A stretch of DNA of 63,697 nucleotides, counting the filler, from Calcarisporiella thermophila CBS 279.70 (Eukaryota > Fungi > Calcarisporiellomycota): NCBI RefSeq assembly GCF_041956535.1. It is 5 parts of 5 records of this genome, joined end to end, with 100 filler letters (N's around TTAATTAATTAA, not from the genome) between each part and the next. Parts side by side here need not be neighbours in the genome. Positions count along the whole stretch, not along the records: positions 30,602 to 51,597 come from NW_027192204.1; positions 51,698 to 54,836 come from NW_027192195.1; positions 54,937 to 63,697 come from NW_027192217.1; 2 more parts are not named here. One strand, written 5' to 3'. The translations under genes were made by a program, and so were the position numbers. Under the pieces are notes generated by a model. The model was given only the letters and a program-made list of their open reading frames with translations, made no database searches and was not told where the DNA came from. Below are positions 49,551 to 61,793 of this stretch, one piece after another. Numbering within the stretch: the first letter of the stretch is position 1; each line of letters starts with the position of its first letter.

Positions 49551-51597
49551 TTTGTCGAGTTAACGCGTTTAAATGCAACTGGAGAAGGTTAAAGTTAAAT
49601 TGGATTTGATTTGGAAGAGTGAGTAGAAAGTAATTGAGCTCAAGCTTAATGACATTACATTCAAAGATACACCGTATTTATACTTTTGAAAATGGAATTT
49701 AACGTGGAAACATTTATCTTCGATAATTGGCCAGATATATTATCTAACTCGACAGGTACATAGATCAACCCAATTTTTGATAATATCAATTAGCAGCCAC
49801 AGTGTGGAATTTGAGGTTTAAAACCTTTGCGCCTTAAATACATCCAAATCAAGAAATACAGCCATGATTTTGGATCGAGCCTTGTATTTGATTTCTCTTG
49901 TATTAGGTACAGCCAATGATAATGTCTCTGGTTCAAGGTCCTAAATACTCTTTTTAGAAATACAGCCTAAAGTCATGTATCGGAATTATATTCGGTTTCA
50001 TATACTTTACCAAAATTTATCTTAGCAGATCGAGATTTTTGCATTCATTGCAAAATGATATTTTCACAGACGCAAATCCACCCTAATTCAATTAAGACTT
50101 GAGCAATAAATTGCGAACAGTCAGTACTCTTCTCTGTTTCAAAGGAATTACATACATGCTCCTGCAATCTAAAATTACTATTTGTGTATGCTTGTATGAA
50201 ATTAGACACCCGTGAACGGGGGGGGAGGTATCTTTCCAAAAGAGCGTTCCAGACTCACTCTTTCTCTGATAGGACATACAGAACTCTGTACCATAAGTAT
50301 TGAAGCCAAAGTGGATGCATCTAGCCCTGTTCTGAGGCCCATTTCATAAATAATATCCCTCAGCAATTTAGTAATATAAGTTTCCTTCAATTTCAGTTAA
50401 TTTTAAATACTATAGGCCGCAATGATTCAAATGAATTCATCCAAGCTAAGAACGGGACGTCTCTATGAATAGCTAAGCGATAGCAAAGGTTGAACCACTT
50501 TCTGGCTGCTCTCATTTTACTTAAGCTGGTCCAAACTGAAATACGTTGATTTTAACCTCTCGGTGAAAATTTAGCCCAAGAATAGGCACTCATTCTGTCA
50601 TCCATCGATTTATAAAACTCATCTATTCCTTTTAGTAGAGGTAGCCAATCATATAACCCATGAAAGCACAAGTAGAGGAGTGGAAATATACTAATTCTAA
50701 TCTACCACTTGCCTTACCACTGACGTATATAATCAAAGGAATCTCTTAAATTTGAATCTGTCGCTTATTACAATAAAACCAAGTAGTTCAAAAAGTCTTG
50801 AGCTGAATATATCACATATTCATCAAGCAGTACTATCGGAAACACAAGAAATATCGCTTAAACTACTATCTTTTATATGCTCATTGCAATCTTCATATGA
50901 TGCATGAGAAACTCAAGGAAATAATTGCATCAACAGCAGCAGTTAAGAAAATTGAGCAGTATGTAATATAAAATACTCTAGCTTTCTTTTCCTGAACTTG
51001 AAATTCGAATCATCTTTTCGTTATGCGAAAAGATGCGATTTCGGGATGCGTTATACTATTGAGCTATTAAATTGTATGATAACTGTTGTAAATCTTCAAT
51101 CATATTTTCGTTAGTAGAAATTTCAAATATTAAACTTTAGTAGAGTCCGCTTTTTGGGCATTATTCAAAGATGTTCCTACATATCTCATTTCATTTAGAA
51201 AATATATCAGCATCATAGCTCGCGAACAACTAAATTTTACTATTCTTTTCACATGATTTTTTAACCGTATTTTCGATTGAAGCTGTATATTTATTCGAGC
51301 CAAGTTTGAAGAATCATTCATTCTTCAATTCAATTTTCATTCTCTTGAATTTTCACTTACATTGTCTAATTGTATCGCTTGAATTAAATAAGGAAATCTT
51401 CATTTTATAGCCTCGATTACATTAGAATACTTCGTCATAATGGAAGTCGATATTGTGAAAAGCTGAAAAGAAAACGTACGATCAACTACCATCTTAATCA
51501 CAGTTGATTGGAGATTATGAGCCTAGAAGAATTCGGGAAACTATAGTTTTGGGATCTTTCTTCATTGCTCAAGTGTTTTTATTTGGCATCCATTATA

Positions 51598-51697
51598 NNN
51601 NNNNNNNNNNNNNNNNNNNNNNNNNNNNNNNNNNNNNNNNNTTAATTAATTAANNNNNNNNNNNNNNNNNNNNNNNNNNNNNNNNNNNNNNNNNNNN
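51598..51697. other. Artificial contig spacer
   Basis: N44-TTAATTAATTAA-N44. Confidence 0.98.
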
Positions 51698-51741
51698 AAT
51701 TTGGATTATGGAATTTGATTGGCCGAAATGTTCAAGTAGTA

Positions 51742-53397
51742 AATTACCTCTGGAAAGTTTTGGGGCACCTTTTTATTTTTAATAAGTTGATCATATATCC
51801 TGAAAAATTTCTATTTCAAATAAACGCTATTTATATTTTAAGAACTATCTGTGCCTGCTTTCACGATGTTTACAATACGGACTATTTTGTTTGCATCTTT
51901 ACAGGGATATACCGATTTATTATGAAAAATGAAGTGGGACAATTTTGACCGATATAAACCGGGGTAGACTTGTACCCTTGTAGCTCGATATCTAAAGGTG
52001 TCCACGGCTCGAAAGTTTCTCCATATTTTCTGCTAATCATACTCTTATTTATTTTAAAAAAAACAAGCCTTATGCCTCGAATCATTCCAAGTAAACGTGC
52101 TCGCGTATCCGTCCTCCTCGAAGAGGGATACTCAACACGCGAAATTGCCGCTCGAGAAGGCATTGGAAAGAGTAGCGTGGCAAGAATACTCTAGAATAAA
52201 GAGAATGCATCAAACAATTCTCCAAGAAAGAAAATGGGTCGCCCTCGAAAGTTATCCAGCCGCGATGAAAACAGAATATGTAGAAGCGTGGCGATGGGAG
52301 AGTGTAAGAACGCAGTCAAGGCGCAAGAACTTTGGAACGAGACAACTGAGGAAGTTATTTCCGTGAATACTGTTCGTGAAGCACTCCATCGTAATGATTA
52401 TGTAGCTAGGGTTAAGAGAAAAAAACCATTTCTATCGAAAAGGCATCGCCTTAGGAGTCTGGCATTTGCAAAGGAATACAGCAGTTGGACCGTTGAAGAT
52501 TGGAGCCGTGTCATATTTTCGGACGAGTGCCAAATACGCATCTTTGGCAATGAAAGGCGAGAGTGGTTCTGGAAGAAGCGTAATGAACCACTACAAGAGC
52601 GCCATATACAGCCAACGATCAAACACGGTGGCGGAAGCATTATGATATGGGGATGCATGACTTCATACGGCATTGGAAGGGTAAGTCGTATAATAGAAAA
52701 TCTTAACGCTGAAATATATTCAAGAATACTCAACCAAGAGATGATAGTCACGCTTCAACTGTATAATCTCAGCAAACAAGAAATAGTGTTTCAACACGAC
52801 AACGACCCCAAGCACAAAGCCAAACTCATTGATCGATGGTTTGAAAACAACCAAATCCAAGTTCTCGATTGGCCTTCACAATCACCAGATCTTAACCCCA
52901 TCGAGAATTTATGGGCTGAGCTAAAGGGACGTCTGAGGAGCAGATTCCCAAAGATAATGAGTCAGGATGATCTGTAGGAAAAGGTGAATATTATCTGGAA
53001 GTCATTCACTCAGGAGGATTGTATGAAATTGATCCGCACGATGCCAGAACGGATCCAAGCTGTTATTAAGGCAAAAGGAGGATATACTAAGTGGTAGTCG
53101 GAGAGCACTTTATTTATACAAATTATTGAGTATTCATTATAATGCCCCTGTAAAGAAAGAGAATAAAATGTTGACACCATGTAAAATCTCTATATGTGGA
53201 TTTAAGAAATTTTCGGAAATAAATTAATATTTCACTTGAAGAGAGTTTGCAAAGGATATTCAGTTGTATATGTAATGGTAACGGCGGAAGTGGGGCTTTC
53301 AAATATTTAATTGTTTTTTATATGGACGTTGTTTGTAGAGAAATATTTAGGTAAAAGTAAAAATTTTAAGGTGCCCCAAAACTTTCCGGAGATACTT
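51742..53397 (+). mobile_element. Tc1/mariner (DD34E) DNA transposon, full length (1656 bp), inactivated
   Basis: 29-bp TIRs at 51742-51770 and 53369-53397 (core GGAAAGTTTTGGGGCACCT, 3 mismatches); TA target-site duplication at 51740-51741 and 53398-53399. Confidence 0.92.
52072..53097 (+). pseudogene. Tc1 transposase with two in-frame TAG stops
   Basis: HTH, GRPRKLS, FSDE, KHGGGSIMIWGC, QHDNDPKH, WPSQSPDLNPIE (D34E), KGGYTKW; stops at 52192 and 52975. Confidence 0.92.
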
Positions 53398-53972
53398 TAT
53401 ATCTTTAATATTATGCTCTTCTTTTGAAAGCTAATAACTCTACCAATATACACCCAAATGCCCTCATTTTTGATGCAATGAATACTCCTTTCCTTGCCGC
53501 TTCTTTTTGGAAACCACTTGCAAAATTTTCCCTTCCCCTAGTAGTGTTATATAGAGTTGCTAACTTACCTTAAAACCCACCTGCTTATGTTGGTGGCCTT
53601 TTTCTTCCACTCTTGAACCCCCTAATTAGCAGGATAGAGAGGTCTGCAACAGCGTTAGAAGTAGGAGGGACCTCAGAGAGGGAAAGGTTTTGGCCCACAA
53701 GTAAATAAAATTAACCTATTTCCTCTGAGGAAATCAACCGTTGCTCCCGAACCTCTATCCTGGCCAGGAATTTTCCCCTTATTATGTATGAAGAAACGCA
53801 AGGCAAGGAATCCACAGTAGACTGCCAAGGGAGCGGGGTGGTATTCCCAGCTTCAACCAAACCCCCTTGGGTTCTAATGTGAATTTTAATTCCTTGACTT
53901 CATTTCTTCCTTTGACCCCTACGCTCTCTTACTATCTCTCATCCACCAACTCATATACGCCAATCTAAATAA

Positions 53973-54836
53973 TCACAACGACAACCTCATCAACCGCTTA
54001 CATAATCCATCCATATCCAACTCTTGCGCAAGCGACGCAACCCTAGATAGATACCTTTTAACCCCGGGAACCCTCTTGCTATCTTCTTTCGATGCTGGAG
54101 GCCGCTTTGTTTCCTTAGTGTCCTTTTTTATGTGAATTTTCGGTATTATTGGTACCCATCCGTCTCGTGGCGAGGAGCTGCACGCTAATATTGAATTATT
54201 TCTACAAGAAAATGAGAAGTATGTCGAAATGTTTTTGATTGACAAAACCTTGAGTGTCTCGGGTCTTTGAGCCCTTTCATAGTTGAAAAACTTTATCGAA
54301 AGTTTTGTCTCTGGTTCTCTGCCATGGTTGGTTGCTTCCAAGCGGCCTTCAAAAGAAGAAACCAAGTCTTTAACAGAGTTGATTCCTACCGTGGATTCAA
54401 CCGAAGAGAACCAGCGCGAAAGAAGCCCAAAATGACCGTCGACCCAGCTTTTACCATGGTATTCGGCGAAAAAATTCCATCGTAATTCTTTGCTATATTT
54501 GGATGGAAATTCGGTTAGTAGATACTGTGCCAATTCCTGGCACCTGAAGTGGGGTCCACAATCGGTCCAAACCTCAAGAATGTCGAACGCGTCAAGTGAT
54601 ATTTTCGAAAATAAAATATCCAGGCAATCTTTAACGTAAAGTGCGTCTTGGCTCAGGATATCCGAGAAGAAATCAAAGTATTCTTTCTTCCCATCGGGAG
54701 AAAGCAATACCATTCCCAGACAAGAGCATTGCTTCTTCGAAAAGATTACTTTACCCGTCTCGACCGGTCCACCTCCCAAATGAAAATTTTCCTTGAAATC
54801 GATGATGAGGAGTCTTTCGTTCAGCTTTAAGTGTTT
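53973..54836 (-). mobile_element. Sola2-like DDD transposase, C-terminal part (5' end lost in gap)
   Basis: IIDFKENF ... VWTDCGPHFR ... WNFFAEYHGKSWVDGHFG parallels the Sola2 pattern DF.EN / SDG / FF..HGK..DG; frame open to the contig end. Confidence 0.65.
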
Positions 54837-54936
54837 NNNNNNNNNNNNNNNNNNNNNNNNNNNNNNNNNNNNNNNNNNNNTTAATTAATTAANNNNNNNN
54901 NNNNNNNNNNNNNNNNNNNNNNNNNNNNNNNNNNNN
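54837..54936. other. Artificial contig spacer
   Basis: N44-TTAATTAATTAA-N44. Confidence 0.98.
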
Positions 54937-54965
54937 CCATCTTGAGCACACGAAAGTCTCATAAG

Positions 54966-55037
54966 TCTTCGGTAGTATAGTGGTTAGTATTCCCGCCTGT
55001 CACGCGGGCGACCCGGGTTCAATTCCCGGCCGGAGAG
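54966..55037 (+). tRNA. tRNA-Asp(GTC)
   Basis: TCTTCGG/CCGGAGA stem; anticodon arm CCCGC-CTGTCAC-GCGGG; GGTTCAATTCC. Confidence 0.96.
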
Positions 55038-56146
55038 ATTTCTTTATTACTGTGAAGTAGCTATGGCTTATCTTTTTTAATCAATTTTGGATATTGACCT
55101 ATATCTCTAGGTTGCAAGTGGAAGAACCTAGAGTCGAAGGTGAACAAAGGATTTGGTGAGAATTTTTAGCTGTAGAAGTGGAGAGCAGAATCTCCTTTAC
55201 TCTCTGTACGTAAAGAGCGACAAAGCGAAGAAGGAAATGTATTTCATATTCTAATATCAAGTAGCAGAAGTCATTATTCTATCTTGAATTTTATTTCTTT
55301 CTACGCATTCACGAGCTCTTGTTTTTCTTGCATCAAGCGGTCCACGGTTTGCTGAAGGGTTTCAATCTGAGTAGCCAGCTTATCATCTCGAGAAATTCTG
55401 AAAGTCATGGTTTCAGGGATCGGGAGTCGTCGCTACCAAGTAAACCATTTTTGGTTCAAGTTTCGAGATTCAAGAGTTAAGGTCAAGATAAATTGGATCA
55501 AGAGAAAGTCCAGAAAAACCAAGTTTGTCATTCAAGAAATACGAATAAATGCCGTATTTATACTTGTTATGGACTGATGGAACACTATAAAATTATTAAC
55601 GATCAAACTTGCCAGAAAAGCCTGATCAGCTTTCATTTCGTTACATGAAGGGAGTTGAGTAATGCTTGCTAGCAGGTATTATCGGGACGAGACTTTAGTC
55701 ATAGTTTGCACCCACCTCACCTGATGGCCATGCTATTTCAAACCCGATAAGCGATTCATAAGTTTCTTGAAAAAAAAAAGGTAGTGAAGGGGCTGAAATC
55801 TTTATATTTTATCTATATAGTGGATTGGCAAGCAAAAATAAATATAATTTAAAGCACGCGGGATTATTTTATATGCCATAGTTATATGGAAGATTCATGC
55901 GCAGCGCTCTCCATAACATACATGAGGTAAAGAGAAGAGGTTGAGAAAACCAATATATAGGTATAGATCCAAGTGTGGGCAAGTCAGGGGGGGTGGTGAA
56001 AAAACCATGAAATATAAAAAAAATTTAGGTAAGCACAGGTTATGTATACGCGATGTGAAGACGATGAAAAGAAAATATAACGCAATAAAAAGAAATATAT
56101 ATGCAAGCTGCCCTCTCTTCCTCCTCTTCACCCTTCAAAGAATGGC

Positions 56147-58919
56147 TCATGGCAAGCAGGAGAATTTTCCTACATAATAGCACACTAACATTCCCATGAA
56201 CACAAGCGCCAACTGCTGGCTGTTGAACGAAAGCTCGTCGCTGATGATTAGGACATGATTCAACTTTTGCTTCCCAGGGTCCAGCCTTAACCCTTCTGAC
56301 ATATCACAATCCTTGTTGTTGGCCCGCCCTGTCATATTTAAGGGAGGTGAAGATCGATGTCGCGGCCGACTCTTCCCAGAAGGGTATACGGGCTTTGCTC
56401 CGGCGGGTTGGACATATTTCACGTCGTCGTCATCTTCAGAGGCGACCACAGTCTGGGACGAAAAGTGCCGAAGCCGCTTTTCTACCTTCCCCATTCCATT
56501 TTCCGCCCCCACCCCAAGGGTTTTCCCGTTTTTGTACACGCCTTCCTTTGCACAAGCCTCAGAAGTCTGATCTCGTGGCGCCAAACCGCTCATGTCCAAG
56601 TCTGTTGTTCCCGCGAGACTTAGGTTTGCAAAATCGGATCGGATTTCTTCCTCTTCAATTTCGTCCAACCGTTTCGCCTCCATACCGTACTTTTCTGCCG
56701 ACACGGACAGGGATGGGTGCAGGCCCACGGGATCCTCTACGCCTTTTGTGGAAGGGGTAAGATCTGAGTCGGGCGATGTCGAGGCTGCTATCGCTGCCGG
56801 AATTTTTGCCTGGGGTTTAAACACCACGGGCTGGCCATTGACCGTCATCTCGATCCCGGATCCCATATTCCTCGAGATTCGCACTGCTACCTCTTGTCCG
56901 TCCAAACTCTCATGCACCGCATGGATTCGGACGCCACCGATATCAGGAGCCAGTTCCACGCGCAACCCGACATCTGGCTGCACCGCAACATCAAATCCAG
57001 TGGGGTAGAGTTTTTGGCCGACTCGGAGCTCAGTGTACCACCCAGGGAAACCCTTTGTGGGGGGCTGTCTCGCAACATAAGTGAGATCGTAGGTCAGCTT
57101 TCGTAGGTCGCAAGCCTCATCAACCACACGTCCAGCAACCTTGCGTAGATAGGGAGGAGGGCCGTAGCGCTCGAGGAAATCGCCCACACGCACAATACAT
57201 TCGGGGACTTCAAGCATGAGCGTTCTTAACACTGAGGGAGGGGGGCTTCCTCTCAAGTCCAGTCTCGAGATATAGGTCACATGAATTGCTTGGATCCTCT
57301 CTGTATTGGGGTCTGTTTCCGGGCGAATAATCCATCCACTGAACATGTGTGCTCGAATGCGGTGTGGGTCCTCAGGCAGTTTCGAGTCCTCGACGCTCAC
57401 CGTCACAATGCGTGTCACGCCAGTTTCAGGATTAGTTTCTTGGGCCGTTGCCGCCGAAATATCCCGGCCCCCCAACGGAGGAATCCCTTTAAGCTGATAA
57501 TACACCAGCATTTCGAGCTGATTAAAGCGCTCTACCACCTCTCCTGCTTCGAACCGCTCGTCCCAAATGCGTCGCGCACCCAGATTCTGGATAACGGCGC
57601 ACGCCTGTTCTGGACTCCATTCTCCAGAAATGACACCCTCTGCGCGGATTGTCGGCGCGGTTCCTGGCTGCCTTAATGCATAGGCCTGTACGTGGGCAGT
57701 CGTCGCCGGATGGCTTTCGCCCAAGGCTAGTGATTCCCATCCTTCTGTCTGAGCCTCGAGTATTTTCAAGGATTCCATTGCTCGCAGTAAAGCCTTAGAG
57801 CATTTGTGACCACCGCCAAGTGATCGACGCGAGCCCTGTGATCGTTTCAGTATGCGGCCACCGTGAACAGGCTCTTCGCCCATGGCAGCATGGCGATCAG
57901 AAGCAGTGTTAATAGAGGCTGCAGTGGAGAGTAGACGGGCTTGTTGATGGGGACGGGATGCATTGCTCGAGAAAGAAGTCCCTCGAGAGCGCGAGGGAGG
58001 CAATGTAAGGGCATGGGCTTTCTTGAGGGAAGAGCTCGGTTGTTGCTGTTGCTGTGTTTGTTGTTGCTGTTGCGGTGGTTGTTGCTGTGGTTGTTGCGAT
58101 TGTGACTGGTCCCGCTCTTTTTCTCTTTCTCGCTGTGCTTGCAACTGTGTTGATGCTCTGAACCGCCCGCCCTTGATCTGTAAGTACTGGTTGATGGTGT
58201 CTAGCACCAACGGCTTCTTGATCATCGATTTCCGCATGGCAAAGGATGGTTTCCACGGTTTGCTCTCGAACTGCACATAGTGGGTTACGCGCGTGCTCAC
58301 CGGAAATGTGGCGAGTGGTTCGAGGAGCCAGCCGAGTAAACGGGCTTTTGTCCGGCGCCGACCGTTAATCCTGGGCACCTTTGGGGTGTCGACTGATGTG
58401 GCAGCAAAAATGATAATTCCTTCCGAGGTGCATTCTATTTTCTCTACTAGCACCATGTCTTTAAGCCTACGGGCATATTTTGAAAAATGGTGGTCATGAA
58501 TAATCTCTAGATTGGAAATAAGGCAAATGAATTCGAGAATTACCATGATCCCTTCGAGCTCTTCATTACTTCATATGTTAGCGAGGTAGTATCGTTCAAG
58601 TTCTCTATCAAGTTCCCGTCATCGTACCTAATCAAGATGTAGGATGTCAGCATTCGATGGCTAAACAGAGAAGTATTTGATTGACAGTTCACCATTCATC
58701 CCACAATTTCCTGTTCCCGATTACATAGAAAATTGCTTGTGGCGAGAAATCCTCGATAACAAGCTCTCCCCGATATATTGGAGATTTGTCGCCGGTGACC
58801 GACACATGGACGCCGCTTTGATGTCGCAAGAGTAGCTTCCATCCACTCTCCGTCGAAGCAAGACGCTTGACGAGAGACAGCGCGTGTTCTGCCTGCTGGA
58901 TGTGGTGTGCAGATGACAT
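56147..58919 (-). CDS. Multi-START-domain lipid-binding protein with polyQ linker and C-terminal TM anchor (multi-exon)
   Basis: Two START-like repeats (IYRGELVIE.FSPQAIF..RKLWDEW; IRAEGVISG.WSPEQ..RRIWDERF; RD.SA, GWIIRP); Q-rich tract; hydrophobic C-terminus. Confidence 0.8.
58039..58105 (-). repeat. Imperfect CAA/CAG repeat encoding polyQ
   Basis: QSQSQQPQQQPPQQQQQTQQQQQP in the START protein. Confidence 0.8.
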
Positions 58920-59608
58920 TGGAATTAGATTCTGAATTGGAATTGGGTATACAAACAGATGTTGCGGCGGGTATGGAAGCGAGATTAGCAAAGACCCATA
59001 GCCAGGAGGCCACAGGCAATGGAGGGAAGATGCAGAAAGAGGGGAAGCCCTGAGAACAAAAGCGAGAGGGAAAAGCAAGTGTCTTTCCCGGTTATAAAGG
59101 CAGACCAATTCAAAAAGAAAAGCATCCAGGGAAAATAGCGTTTCTTAAACTTGGCCCATATACGGAAACAAACCTTAACCTTCCTGCACTAGAGACAGTG
59201 ATGCGGGCGGAGATGCAAGGCTTTTTTCTGTAAAAGGGAGGGGGATGTATGGAATACAACCATACAGCTTTTATTGTGCTGGTCAAGCGAAAAAACATAT
59301 ATATATATATAAAACAACGGCAAAACAAATTAATAAAAAAAAGAAAAACAGCAAGAAAATAAAAAAAAAATAAAATGCATCCCAATTGCATAAAAGAGGG
59401 GGAAGGCGGAACGCGCGGTGGAGAGGAATAATACACAGGAGGAGAGGAGGGAAAAAACTAAAGTACACAAAAGAGTAATAAAAAGGAAACAAACGGTTGT
59501 TGTGTGGATATAATTTTGCAATGGAGCATAGCGTAAATATGCGCAATACGAGGATATAGAAATGATATGCTCAAATAATGGATATATAAAAGAGAGCACG
59601 AGGCTTAA

Positions 59609-61096
59609 TTATTTCTTCAAAAAGCTCACCACTCTCTCGAACAGATTCACCTTTCTTTCGCCACCACCACCACCACCACCATTGACTCCGCATTCGCCAC
59701 CTGCACCATATTCCGATGACCCTTTCCTCACTTCATCCCGCCGATTGCCTTGATGCCGGAACCTAAAGCGCACCACAGGAACTGCGGATCTTCTCCGCTC
59801 AGAGGCCTTACTTGCATACTCTTTGATCCGTGCATCGGAGCTTGTAGAGGGCCGACCATTGTCGTCGTACCCTTCCGCCTCAGTATCCCTTTCGATTTCG
59901 CGCTCAAGAGTATCTCGGTGAGGGGGGGTGGGGGGCGGGGTAAAAGAGGCAGGAAGGCTCTGACGCGAGCTGAACTTCTCCTGTAAAACCCCAATACCAT
60001 CTGTGTCTGGAGGAGTCTCTGGCAAGACTATGGCTGCCATCCGCTCCATCGTGTCTCTGCTCTCGAATTTTCCCATCCTATCTCCGCTATCCTCCGGTTT
60101 ATCGGGCTTAATCTCCGTCGCCAAAGAACTTCGTTTTCGGTGTGCTCGAGGATTCGCTCTTTCTCTCACCATCCAGGCACCATCCATCGAATGTCTCGTG
60201 CAATGCTTCGTCTGCTTATTATCTTGAAACGTGGGTTTGGGTGGAGGGGGAAGACTCTGCCGTAGGCGTCGTTTCACGTTATTTGTGGCCAACTCCACAG
60301 CTGTCGGCATACTTCGCCGCAGCCACTTGCTATTTTTCCTCTCGGCCGGGGTTTCTTCCGCGTTCTCACTTTCCAAAAAATCAGAATCCCCCACACGCGG
60401 CCTTTCCATTTCACCCCCCTTAAAATCGTAGCTCCAGCGTCCTTCTAGTTGTAAATGCTTGCGCAATAACTGTACAATATCCTCATAGCGCTTCGCCACG
60501 GCAATTGACAATGGGGTGTTCCCGTATCTGTCACAGATGTCTGCACGAGCACCGTGACTGAGGAGAAGCTCAACCGTTTTGGTGCAATGGTTGGCGCTCG
60601 CGAAGTGGAGCGGGGTAGAGCCAAACGTGCCCGCAGAACTCCCACTATAGCGAATCCATAGAAAAATTATTCACACTTGTATCATCAACAATATAAACAA
60701 TAAAAAATACTTTAAACTCCATGTCCTATCTAGACTATGTCTCTTATCGCGCCTTTAAATAAGAACAAAGCAGGTCAATATTCTTATACAAAATGAGCAT
60801 CTTTACTAGAAATGAATGGGGTACCTGAGTGCATTGACATCCGCCCCGCGCTCGATAAGATATTGTACAACGGCGAGGTGACTATCACTTGAGTGACAAC
60901 ACGCGGCATGTATGGGCAAAATACCGCCCACGACGGAATTGATGGGTACACCACGATCCAGTGCGAATTTAACGAGTCCAAGATTCCCGCTTGCCGCTCC
61001 TTGGTGGAGGCCAAGCGTGCTTTGTGGGCGAGTGGGAATTTGTGCGAGGCGAAGCAGTTTACTCGAAGTGCTGGACGAGCGTTCGATACTTGTCAT
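59609..61096 (-). CDS. Ankyrin-repeat protein with disordered C-terminal tail (3 exons)
   Basis: GLHQGAASGNLGLVKFALDRG, PIHAAC, VVQYLIERGADVN, GSTPLHFASAN, GNTPLSIA; 42-nt middle exon at 60711-60752. Confidence 0.85.
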
Positions 61097-61793
61097 GTTA
61101 TGTTGTCAGCACTCGATCCATATGCAAATAAAAGATAATTTTTAAGAAGAAAAAAAAGTAAGTTAAACCTAACAGCTAAGAAAAGAAAGATGTTTCCTTT
61201 GTTTCCCCTAGGACCAAGAACAGGAAAATACAGGAAAGCGAGGAATCCTTAGCCGAGATGGAATCATTGAACGTCACGCGAAGCCACGGAAAAACGGTTG
61301 AATCGGGATTTCATTACTTACAGAAAAACGTGGTCACTTAACAATTGTAGATTGAGTTGAAACGAAACAGCCTCTCAAAAGCCATTCATGTTTGCCGCCG
61401 CTAAATTACTCGAATATGCGTACATAAAAGGATCCATGTAGCAGGAAACGGGAACATTGATTATGTTTTGCGTAGCCGTCTGTTCTTTTTTCGCTTTGTG
61501 TGCCTGATAGGTCTCTGATAAACATGGATTACCAATCTTATTATTCGTATTAAAGCATACGCGTGACGTAGCGAAGATCGGTCGTCGTACAAAGGTTAGC
61601 CCATAGCTTTTCGGTTTAGTCACCACTTTTTTCTCACCCCTTCCCTTTAGCTTACTTTTAATTTTCTCGGATAAAAGAAACAGGTACCCTCGTACGCTTA
61701 CAAATTTCTTTCTTACACTTTATTTTTTTTTTTGATCCTGCTCGTTTTTTCTTCCCGCAGTTGTTTTTGCTCCAATCTCTAGTTTTGATCGCG

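Noticed and set aside
49900-51597. Short ORFs in the AT-rich contig end
   Set aside because: No motifs and multiple stops; unidentifiable relic or noncoding DNA
53400-53970. Semi-open frame between the Tc1 and Sola-like elements
   Set aside because: Several stops, no recognisable domain or TIR
57963-58280. Cys-rich metallothionein-like ORF on the plus strand
   Set aside because: Antisense reading of the polyQ (CAA/CAG) tract of the START gene
59110-59599. Phe-rich hydrophobic ORFs
   Set aside because: Artefacts of A/T-rich UTR and intergenic sequence
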